Source: Acanthaster planci
Taxonomy: Eukaryota
Assembly: GCF_001949145.1 (NCBI RefSeq)
Contig: NW_019091356.1
Span: 1,987,667 to 2,051,666, forward strand
Length of the DNA stretch: 64,000 nucleotides
Direction of reading: 5' to 3'
Under the pieces are notes generated by a model, which did not search any database, was not told the origin of the DNA, and saw only the letters and a program-made list of their open reading frames with translations. This document shows, one piece after another, positions 1 to 11,700 of the stretch. Numbering within the stretch: the stretch's first letter is position 1; each line of letters starts with the position of its first letter. The position numbers were made by a program, and so were the translations under genes.

Positions 1-1
1 A

Positions 2-58
2 TCTTCAACCAGAGCTGAAGTCAAGAGCGTCATAAGACAAGCCACAAGGAAACAGTGA
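2..58 (+). other. Possible last coding bases of an upstream plus-strand gene, followed by an AT-rich 3'UTR
   Basis: Frame from position 2 reads SSTRAEVKSVIRQATRKQ* and is followed by AT-rich sequence with AATAAA (~208, ~506). Too short to identify. Confidence 0.2.
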
Positions 59-1262
59 CAAAGGAATTCTTTCATTGAGATTCACTGGAGCAGCTTGTGG
101 CTTGAATTCAGACTGGAGGTCTCGTGATTCTCTTGTGGGGTCTTAAGATGGTATTACTGTTCCAGTTTTGAATTAAGAGGTAATTTGTTCTATACAATTT
201 TACGTAAAATAAATATCTTCCTGAAGTTAAAGAGACCAAAATTTTATTAATTTGCTATAACCAAGATTGTAGCAGTCCTTTATAGCAAGAGTTGCGTGAA
301 TACTGAAAAAAGGAAGAATTTATTGCAACACTTCATTTCAAACTTAACCAAATTGTAGTTTTTAAATTTATACATATTTTGACCAAATAAGGCAGCTTCC
401 AAATATAACTTAGTGTTATTTACTTGTTTATACACATTTATGCATATAATTGTACATTTCTTAAAACTATTTATACTGTCTTCACAGTAATTGCAATTTA
501 GTTTAAATAAATTTTTTTTTAAATGTTCTCTAAGACAAATTCATGTTGGTAATTAACATTTGTACATGTATTTTGAGTGCATAAGTTTGAGCCCATTCCA
601 ATTAGAAAGAGACAATTGGATAAAACGTTATCTTAGAAGCAAGTGCAACTGTACATCATTGTTAGACTAGAAACTGTGAAAACATCATTATAGATAATGC
701 ATGGAAATAGTGCTTTGAAGATGGACAGTGCCATTGTAAACCGCAGTTTGCAAGGAATGCTTGATGTTGTATGTGTGGTTTTGTGTCATGTTAAAACAAT
801 ATGCATTGTGAAACAAATACAAAAGACTACAGCAAAACAAGTTACAAATTAAATTGGTTTTTCGAGGTGGTTGGATTTCAAAGCATTGCATAGTTTTGTG
901 TCTCTGTTTTCTTTTAATTTGCTAAACATGTTTGATTTGTTCAACGAGCAAATGCCAATTTTGGGTTGTATCAGAACTCAGCAGTGCATATTCACCTCAA
1001 CTATTGCATAGTAAATACAATGTCATTACATGTACAAGCTACAAGCAAATGGTAATGGTATTCATCTCAATCAAGTTCGGCAAAGTTCTTGCAGATTATT
1101 TCAGCTGTAGATGGCAAACGTCCGCGGCAAAGATCCATTATAACTGCACGGCAGGCTCTGTGGTAAGTTAACATGCGTGTCGCCTTACCATTAGACCCAA
1201 CTGCAGGTTCCCCACAGTGCTGAAGTTCAGCTGAACAGGGCGGAAGCATCATATCCCATGAC

Positions 1263-1462
1263 TCAATTTTTGCGATGTAAAAATTGCCCTGTGACGTCAA
1301 GTAGAAACGTCAATTTTTGCGATGTAAAAATTGCCCTGTGACGTCAAGTAGAAATGTCAATTTTTGCGATGTAAAAATTGCCCTGTGACTGCAAGTTGAA
1401 ACGTCAATTTTTGCGATGTAAAAATTGCCCTGTGACTGCAAGTAGAAACGTCAATTTTTGCA
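1263..1462. repeat. 47-bp minisatellite, ~4.2 copies
   Basis: Unit tcaatttttgcgatgtaaaaattgccctgtgacgtcaagtagaaacg starts at 1263, 1310, 1357, 1404 and (partial) 1451. Confidence 0.95.
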
Positions 1463-2296
1463 ATGGCAGTCTTGCATAGGATTGAACACCTCTCGCACTC
1501 TTCCTTGCAGGGGTCATAAAAAGTACTGGGAGATGATTTTCGGGAGCGTTGAGAAGACTCGGAAGACGCTCTGGCCGCTCTGTGGTGAACCACAAGTGAC
1601 AACTAATCATTTGTCTGACGAAATGTGGTGTGTAGAATCCGAAATGGGGAGTTAACACCTTTTCAGGTAGGCTTCTGTTTAGAACTACTTGTCTTCGGCT
1701 CAATAGCGGGACCGGAGTGAAATTTCTGAGAAGGAGCCCGGGGGCATACGTTATTTTTCACAGGGGTATCGAAAGCAAATACAGAAGGGGCTCTGAATTA
1801 ACAAGGCAGTGCTTGGAAAGTAACGGCTGTGGCTGCAGATAAAATGTATGTCTATGAAGGCCACCGGCTGGCTTTGGGAGCCGCTGTCGGTAGATATGCA
1901 TGCTCCTAGTGTTGTAGTTGAGTCAATCGCAAGTCCTTTCACACGTCTCTTCGCAAGTTTGTCCGCAAGACCAGATATAAGTAACGGATAAGAGAGGGAC
2001 GTTTACACATTTAAACCTTTAAACAGTGTGGGAAGGTTTTCCAAATATTTCAAATTAAGCGTAAATTTCCATCCTTAGTAATGAGGTGAACAACAACAAA
2101 AGAACGCTTTTGCCACGGCTCATCTGTATCGCTGGTGAGTTGGCTTACGTCTGGGTGACTTGTGATGGACTCCGCTACAGCATTGCACGTTACTCCTGGG
2201 CAGAGCCTGTTGATTCACACACAGCTGTGAACACGCTGTATCCACGAATCACCTCCCAGCAGGTGTACGCTTGCCACGTCAAGCCTCGCATCGCAC

Positions 2297-4488
2297 TCAC
2301 TGCGCGGCGAGCCTGGCTTGAGTCTGCCGCACCACGGCTTGCAGGTAGAGGACGGAGGAGATGGTGCCCAGGAAGCCCACGGTGGCGTCGGACAGCTTGC
2401 CTCCCCAGAGGAAACCCACCGGCATCCAGTGGATGGCATTGCAGAGGTCCGTGGCATACTTCAGCACCTCCAGGAGGTGGGCACGCTCCGCCTCCTTGAG
2501 ACGGGAAATCTGCTGTCCCTCCACGACCGACGACTCTTGCCTGGGTATTTGTAAGACACAGAAATTTAGTATTTTAAAGCAATGCAAGGTCAAAGGAAGT
2601 ACACCAATACGTAACAAACATAAGCTGAAGTACAAAGGGCAATCTAGCATTACCTCTCTCTAATGTGCACTTGCAGACTTGCGCAAGCTTTGGCAGGTCT
2701 TTGTCTAAGGATAGTGTTTTGTTAAAGTGTGGCCACTCGCAAGCCAGTATCTTCACAAATGCAGGACGACGGATGGCAAAGCAATTCGGGAGGAGCAAAT
2801 GAAGACAATACAATGCCATCTCACCTGCCGGAGCTACAACAGGGGTCTTCCATTTGGATCTCCTGCTCCAGTTTCTTCCGTGATCTCCTCAAGCTCACGA
2901 GTGTCATTAAACTCCTGGGAAATTAAAAAAATGTCATTTGAATACCAAGAACCAAGCTCCAGAGACACATGTGCTGAACTGTACGAGCGTTCTGGTCCTT
3001 TTCAAAACGTATTCCCACCACAGTCACCCCTGGTCCCTTCTTCTCTGATGTGAGCAAGTCCGTTTGTTTCTTTGTACAACCACTTTTTTGGATGTGTGGG
3101 ATTTGCACTGTCTCTTGCACTTAGTTCCTCCGCTTGGCCATTCCACAAACTTAACCCCCCCTTGAGGTTAAGACCAAAATCAACGGCTGAACACCAACAG
3201 GCCTGTGATTGGCTACTTCTTACCTAAGTATGCTAATGCTCAGGGACAACCCCCAGGCCACTATGCAAAGTATCCACCAAGGCGATGACGAGACATCGAT
3301 GAGCTTCTTGTCGGCGGCCCAAGCTATGTGCTCCAGGGGGAAGTACAGCTGGTCAATCAGATTGTTGGCGAGGCTCAGGACACGAAGCCACAGGCTCTTC
3401 TCCTGCAAGAAAAAAAAGGAGCTGGGAGTCAACTAAAGCATGTTTTAATGCATCGAATTCAAGCAGTTGATAAAAGGCAATCGAAAAAAATTTTTTTTTT
3501 AATTTGTCTGCTTGCAATTTAAGACTGAGAACTAATCAAAAGAAAATTATTCCCCCCCCCAAAAAAATGACAGAAATGAATCTACGTGAAAGGTTCATAG
3601 CTTCCATCCCACTTAATTTGGATTTATGACAAAAAAGCTTAAAACATGAGCATTCTCGGATTCTTCAAGTCCATAAAATTCGGTCCCAGGACAGGAGGGT
3701 ATAAAAAAACATGCAACAAAATTAAACACCAATCAACCATGTTCCAAATTCAATGTACATGCATGTACATACGTGAGTGTTTACCCCGGCTTGAGACGAT
3801 GGTGATGACTATGCAGCTACGAGGGCCGCGCAGAGATCGAGGGACAAGCCTAGCCCGAAGTGTCCATGGTGTGTGTTTGTTAAACATTAAAATACTGTAC
3901 AAGAGAGGTGTTTTTCTTAATAGTCTGGAAAATAATAACTTGAAATATCAAATATCATGAGCATCAAAGGTCCTTCCGGCCCATTAAATATATCTTTGAG
4001 TGGAATAAATTTTAATCGGCCTAAGCCTATTCATGGAGGAAGGTTCCTTCCTCCATGGCCTATTTTAGTATTTATTTGCATTTTGCACAGTCTATCCACA
4101 TTTCAGGCCCACATTTTAGAGACCATATTCTGGAAGAAAATGTGCTCTCCCTCTCCCTTTCCGTAATCACTTCTCGACAGGTCAAGAACCTGAAAATGAT
4201 ACATTTGTGTGCTTCGTTAATTAAGTAGCATTTGGGGGCAAATTGTACCTGCGCACCCAACCCATACGATAGCGAATACCCCAACATCGGCAAATCATCG
4301 AACAGTCGTAGAATCGTTCGGCATCCACTGAGTTCCGTGAAAATTGTCAATAGTTTCTTTGACTTTGACGGTGATTTCACGAGGCCAGAAAGCAGTAGCG
4401 ATCCATAAGATATGATTCTCATGACTTTGTCCCTTCCACCGTAAGTTTGGAGAAGATTTATGGCTAACTTCAAATCTTTTGAAGCCAT
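2297..4488 (-). CDS. PEX11G: Peroxisomal membrane protein PEX11-gamma (PEX11C), 250 aa
   Basis: Coding exons 4488-4249, 3402-3224, 2914-2825, 2540-2297; all GT-AG and phase-consistent (753 nt). Motifs LLQTYGGRDKVMRIISY, ELSGCRTILRLFDDLPML, DQLYFPLEHIAWAAD and DLCNAIHWMPVGFLWGGKL match the PEX11G family. Confidence 0.93.
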
Positions 4489-5713
4489 TTTTGCCTCCAA
4501 AAAATCTACGTTGCACTTGCAGTTAGAAAACAGTAAGTTTGTGCACCAGGTTATGGCATAAAATACTCAGACTTCCCCATATAGTTTACCTGCATGGCAG
4601 GGCTACCATAAAGGAACCAGACTTAACTTTTCCCTCCTTGTAAACTTTAATGCCAATACGCAAAATTAAAGTAGTTATGCCTTCATTCCCCCCAAAATGG
4701 AGAAAAGTTTCATTCGTAGGTTATGAATAAGTATCATCTTTTATGAAGTTCTACTTGATTGTAAAACGTTACATAAAGGTAAAAACAACTGCTCTTTGAC
4801 AAATCTAAAGAACAGTGACAGGCCGTCGCGGATTAATAAATTGAAAGTTATGTGTGAAGCTGTTTACCACTGCTTTACCGGTTGATTTAAATGTCTGCAC
4901 CGCAGCAATAAAAATCCTCACCCAACACGGTCAACAGAACAGGTCAAATGTGGCATCGCTATTTTTCTGAGGGAGTGAGTTTAAGCAGCATTTAGTGTTT
5001 CTTATATTTATCATCCAGCCGGAGAAAAATCTGGGAAATTTAATTGCGATTATAAAAAGGGGAGCATATGCAGCGCAGTAGGCCTAACGTTATTGTAAGC
5101 TGCACGGCGATGACATTCACAGCCCGGCACCATGCATGGTGCGAGCCAGGCAGACCCTTTGTTGACAAGAATATCAAATCATGATGCATGTATGATCACC
5201 TGGTGATGTACATGTCACGCATATAATAAAGTTAGAAATCACTTTAATAATATTTTAAGCTTCTTTTCTACTACTAGGCCTAGTGCATAATCATTGTAAG
5301 TCATGTAGCCTTGGCCCTAATTGTTTAAAAATGGACATGTTATGCGCATGTTTCTCTGTTCGGTCTCCATTGAATTTAGGCCTAAAGGTTTTGTGTTGGT
5401 GCAGAATGATTGTTTTTTGGAACTTATAATTGGTCTGCCGAGATAGATTGTACTGCTTACATTGTCGTGGCTTTGTTTTCACCAGATTGAATTGAAATTT
5501 TATTTCATTTTGAATTTTAATATTTAATTTTAGGACGTTTTGCTAGTTGCTTGAATGCATTCTGCTGCATTCCTGGTGTAGATTGCAAGATATAGTTTAG
5601 TATCTTTGGCTTAGATTTTCAGTAGAATTTCAGATTTCTTTGTGGGTTAAATTTGACGTCACTGTTTTGACATTTCTGTACCCAGGTCACATTTTTCGCA
5701 AGACTGAGCTGTG
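4489..5713. promoter_or_regulatory. Putative bidirectional promoter / 5'UTR region shared by PEX11G and CENPE
   Basis: Divergent ATGs 1225 nt apart; locally CpG-richer stretch ~4820-5150; TATAAAA at 5051; acceptor-like cccag at ~5685 implies a non-coding CENPE exon 1. Confidence 0.55.
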
Positions 5714-8700
5714 ATGGATAATGTACATGTTGCTATTCGAGTGCGTCCCTTAATTCAGAGGTATGTTCACTTAGAAGTGTTTTTTTAATGATTTATTAAT
5801 ATTACCAGTGATGGCAACATCAAATTTTCCTTTTAAAACTGAAAAGAACAGATGAAGGACCCAAGAGTAGTACCAAAGGCCCTTCGTGTAAAAATGAGCA
5901 GTTAAAAAAAGAGAACAGCTAAGTGATACATAACAGGTTTTGTGCAAGTGCTTTATGGCATTGCCTTCCAATTAGCACAACACGTTTTGTCACAATGTGC
6001 TAATCTGTTTCCCCCAGGGAGAAGCAAGTGGATGCAGTGACACACTGGAAGGCAGACACCCACACAATCACCCAGGTGGACCAGCGGGGCAAGGCCTGCA
6101 GGAAGGAATACCTGTTTGGTGAGTCAGAAAAGGCCAAGTCTTTCCATTTGTTGAAAATTGTGAGATGGAATCAGGCTAGGAAGTGGATAATCCTCCCTCG
6201 CGTAGTTCCACAGTGTCGCAACTTATGTAATGTGTTGAAGCATCTCAGGACCACCGTTTACTACCTTTATCAAGTGGGATTTCCCTACAACTCCAGGATG
6301 AACTTAACAGTGACATAACAGTACTTTCTGAGCGTCTTGATGACATGAAGTTCCCAGGTTTGATCAACTCTACACATGCTTCATGTAATCACAGAGAACT
6401 GGGCTGTTTGTAATTAATTCCATGAACAGCCGCTTTTCGAGTCAAAGCAAAGGGGAAATAATGAATAGCAGTTGAAATATCTTCTCTGAACTCATAGCAA
6501 CTGTACACAGACAGCAAGGATCGCTAGGCTAGAGACAAAACGGACGACTTAAACCGAGTTTCGACTGTTTTTCCTGCATCTCTACCTGTTATAGATCGTG
6601 TGTTTGACTCCAGCGAGACAACCAATGACGTGTACGAGGAGATTGCTCAGCCTATCGTGGTGGAGGCCATGGATGGCATTAACGGTAAACAAATTAAAGT
6701 TTCTATTTCATTTTGGCATTTTTCTATTCATTAGACTGTCGAGTTCACTTGTTGCCAATCAGATCTGAAAGGTGAAATTTATATTCCGTTTTGAAAACAA
6801 GTCATGATTATGTCTATGGCACAGTGCCAGTTTGTGGAAATCAACATGAACTTGTGCAGGAATCATATGTAGAAATGAGTACACAACAAATTATGAAATT
6901 GAAGGGTTGGCTGGGAACACGTACTTTGTCGCACCGGTGACAAATCTTTTCAGTTGGTTCGTCAATGAACGAAACAGTTTGACTTAATTTATTTCCATCC
7001 ATAAAGGTACAAACACCTTTACTAGCCAATTGGTTATTATACAAAAACGTTACAAAATAAAGCAAATTTTATGGTGTTAAGAAATCCTCAGCCCGGAAGG
7101 GCAAAACAGCTAAAGTGGGAAAAATCCGTCCATTTTCTTTGCAGGCACAATTTTTGCCTACGGGCAAACATCGAGTGGAAAGACTTATACCATGATGGGG
7201 GACAGTGAATCCCCTGGCATCATCCCCTGTGCGGTACAAGACATCTTTGACAGCATTCAGAATGTAAGATTTCCAACTGGAGCTCCTCACAACAGACCTT
7301 TCTGTCGCTTACAAACATAGCCTACCATTTTGCACAGGTGGCCAAAGTTGAAAGGTTTATTTCAACATTTTAAGTCATATTTGAGGACCTCAAATGATGA
7401 TAAAATATTAATTTAATATAGGGAATAATGCAAGTGCCACGTTATGAGTAATCCCTATTGAATCACTTTGTAATAATACGAGTAAACAGCATGAGAAATG
7501 ATTTATAACCACTGTGCACCAGTCTCCAGATAATGTGTAAATAAGCAGGAATTTCCTGTCTTGTAACAAGGAGGATGACTGTGCTCTGGAAAGTTTTTTC
7601 TGCAGTAAAGCCAGTATTAGATGTCTGTACTCATCCCAAATGGTTGAGTGATTTCCATGGAGTGTATGCACATACAGGCTCACACAGTCCAGGGAGGTTG
7701 AGCCATGTGTAAAACCCTTGAGTGGCCCTCGGCCACGGATGGGCATTGTAGCAAATATTGCTTCATGACTGTCTCGGGGTTTTTAAAACACTACGATGTG
7801 GTAAGAAATGTCTCACAAGTCTTGAACAAATGACCACCAACGGTCATCATTTGTGTTGTCCAACTTTTGTAATGGACTGTAATTTTCAGCCAATAATAAA
7901 TTCCCCGCCTTGGACAAGTTTAACCCCTGCACGGCGGGATTATTTTGACCTTGACTGCTGGGCTGTGGTATGCCCTGAATGGAGGGCTTTGTCCAGCAGC
8001 AGGCCCCATTGAACCAGCAGCTGCATGGTGAATAGACTGTATGGATGGGTGGGTATGAACTAAGCCTCACACAACGGTGCGGTAGTAGCAGTCCTCCGTA
8101 GCGAAGGGGTTAAGAAAATCACAAGGGCATGATGTGTATATATAAGAGTCCAGAGATTATTTGGGTTATTTTCCCCTGCAGACACCGAACCGCGAGTTCC
8201 TCCTGCGAGTCAGCTACATGGAGCTGTATAACGAAGGGCTGTGTGACCTGCTGAGTAACGAGAAAAAGAGCCTCCAAATCAGAGAAGTTGATGTGAGTGC
8301 CGAGAATCCATCTCTCCTTCTCACTCCCTCCTCATGTACATCCCAATCTGTAGATTCTCCACCCTATGTTTTCATTTCCTTTCCTTACCCTTCATCTAAC
8401 CCCCCCTCCCCGACCAGTAAAGACTGGAGTTGTGTTCATAATTTGCCGCTATCCTTTTTTGACAGCCTTGACCCTTTCTCTGAAGTGTCTACCCACTGGG
8501 CCATTTACTCTTTTTCTTAACTTTTATCTAACACTAGTGGTTAACAGACCCCCTGGCACCATCCCTTTTCATACCCTCACTGGTTACATCAATTTGTTCT
8601 ATTCCCCTCAGAAGCCCCTAACTAGTTTTTTTTCTCTTCTTTGCATCGCTTCTCTGTTCATTTCCTGCTTCAACACTACCCCTGAGCTTATTTTATTCTA

Positions 8701-11700
8701 TTATAATTTTTTTATCTTGGAAATCTTGGCATGAATAGGACACCATCACATGGCCCCATTACGCAGTTTGTTACCTCAACCTAGTTATTATTTGACGATT
8801 GATCCATTTAACCTCCAATCAAATGAGCACTCAGTTTACAGCCATTATTCTGGTTGTAGGCTAACCTAATGATTTCTTTTCCCTTTCCACTGCCCTCAGA
8901 AACGTGTCTTTGTCCACGACTTGACGGAAGAAGTTGTCACCCAGCCAGAGGATGTCCTTCAGCTGCTCAAGAAAGGAGAAGGTATAATATTTGTACTCTA
9001 CAGATATTTCTTCTCCATGAGATAATCAGCCGTTTAATGTTTTTAAAAGAAATGTGAAAACCACAGTACGCTGTATAGTGCCACTATACAGGTGCCCTCA
9101 AACAGTGTCTTGTAAGAAGAACCTTTTGTATAGTGGTATCCTCAAACAGTGTCTTGTAAGAAGAACCTTTTGTATAGTGGTGCCCTCAAACAGTGTCTTG
9201 TAAGAAGAACCTTCTGTATAGTGGTGCCCTCAAACAGTGTCTTGTAAGAAGAACCTTCTGTATAGTGGTGCCCTCAAACAGTGTCTTGTAAGAAGAACCT
9301 TTTGTATAGTGGTGCCCTCAAACAGTGTCTTGTAAGAAGAAACTTTTGGTTGCAGTTCAACTAAATCTTCTTGAATGAATTGATCATTTTTTTTTGGTTC
9401 ATCCAGCTCGGCGTCATTTCGGCCAGACAGACATGAACGAACGGAGTAGCCGCTCCCACACAATATTCTGCATGGTAAGTTGCAGTGAACACGGCCGCTG
9501 TCGGTCTTCCAAAAGCCATCCACTCTGTCACTGTACCCTGCCCTGCCGTGGTTTTGCATGGAGAGTTTGACGGTGTGAAACTGTGAAAAGGATTAAAAGA
9601 AGTTGTGTATCTTCCTTGAGAGACCTCGTCAATGGACCTTTTTTCTTGTTGCTTTAAACCATTTGTGCAGGCAGTCAAGGTTTGTGGAACGTCTACCTAT
9701 GGTTGATTACAGGTTTTGCTTCAAATTGCAAAGTTGCTGCGCTGTTATCAAAGATAGTGGTATTTCTATTTTTCAATTGCTGCCTAGGATTGCATCAACT
9801 TTTTAATCATCCTAGTGCTTTTTGTACTGATGGCCAGCCATTAGTTTTACCAACCGCGGATAGGCCAAAAAGATTGACCATGAGTTAGCAAAGAAGGAAG
9901 GAAAGTGTATTTACTAAGAGAAGGCTCCCTGTGCAGTTGTCTGTGTCATGTGTCTTGCTAAGATTTCATGTTGAGCAAGTGATTTCAATGCTAGATTCTC
10001 TGGAAGTGCTGTAAGGCCTTGCCAGATGTACTTAAACTACGTCAGAAACTTAAAGGTTCACAGAAATGCTTCATATTATTTCCTTTCTTGTTTTTGGTGT
10101 GTGTGCGTACAGATCGTTGAGTCCAGGGAGAGGGCTGATCGGAAGAGGTCTATGGAGCTGGCTGTTAAAGTGTCTCATTTGGTAAGTTATCTTAGAGGGG
10201 AAGTCCCTTCCCCGACAGCACATTTGCTACAATAACTCATTTCAGAGCTTTGTAGAAGTAAGCAGTGTGTTTTACAGAAAGATAGCAGTTGCAGACTGTC
10301 TGTTCAAAATCATCCCAGCAATTAAAAAATAAAGGCCTCTTTCACGGACTCTTTCTTCTGATTCAGAATCTCGTGGACCTGGCCGGATCGGAGCGGGCCA
10401 ACGAGACGAAGGCGGAGGGAACCAGGCTGAAAGAAGCCTGCCGCATCAACCAGAGCCTGCACCAGCTGGCCATGGTCATCAACAAGCTCAGCCAAGGAGC
10501 GGACTTCATCCCCTTCCGGGACTCCAAGCTGACCCGGATCCTCCAGACGTCGCTGGGAGGAAACGCCAAGACAGCTATCATCTGCACCATCACCCCAGCC
10601 TCCATCGACCAGACCCACAGCACCCTCCAGGTACTTGAGCACTTGTACCCATATTCTCATAGCTGACCCGAATTCTTCCACGATATCGACCAAGCCATCA
10701 AGCTATCGTTACCCAGACCAAGCCATCAAACTACCTTTTTGGTCCTGTCCATTGCACTGTTGGCATCTTTTTCAAAGTATTAGAATGTTGGTCTTATAGA
10801 TTTAACATGGTTTTTCCACTTTATTTCAATGAACGTACTGAGGTATTAGTCTGAAATTGATACTTAAAACTATTAACTCTTCTTCCATTTGTCATAAGTT
10901 GTTGAATAAGGATCAAAGAGACAAAATAACATTTTATTCACTTCACTCATCAGTGATTGCAGTATCTCCCGGCGTTGGTCAGACCCTATTACTGCAGTGC
11001 GGTTAGGTAACACCATCAGACCACGATATGAAAAGTGGTACGTTCGGGTTGTCAGGTGGTTTTCTCACATCCAGTACGAGTTTTTAACTGAACTGTGTTT
11101 GATGACTGAATACTCTTTCCCCTTCTGCACAGTTTGCCAGCCGTGCGAAGACCATCAAGAACACGCCAGAGGTCAACGAGGTCCTTTCGGACGAGGCCAT
11201 GATGCAACGGCAAAAGAAGGAGATCCAGGAACTCAAGAGAAAGATCCTAGAGGTAATGTGAAATATGCCAGGGGTGGGAAAGGAACAAAACTCTTGCCAT
11301 TTATGAAGCATTCCATCTCTTTCGCCGCATGGAGCTGATTGTGTAAATGGAGCATTCTGACCAGGCTAGGTCCCTTTTTCTTGCGACCAAAGATTTTGAC
11401 GGCAATCTGAACTCAAATTTTGGTACAAGCAGAAGAAACTGACCAGGGTATTCCCCTTTCCTCCCCCATGTTTAAAGTCACGACACCATACAAATCACCT
11501 TCACCCTTCCTTTCCTCTTTCCAAAGCATTCCACCGTTTGCACTCTGGCATTTGGCTCGACAAACCTCCCCAAGCACCGGAAGCCTTTCGGAGAAAAGTA
11601 CCATCCCATCCCCTTCTCACCTACTTTGCCCAATTTCCCCGCATTAAACCCACACCGTGTCTACATTCTCATCCTCCCGCAGCTTGAGCAGCAGGGCGAG

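Noticed and set aside
9091..9348. CRISPR-like regular repeat
   Set aside because: Head-to-tail units with no unique spacers, inside a eukaryotic intron: a minisatellite. The same applies to 1263-1462.
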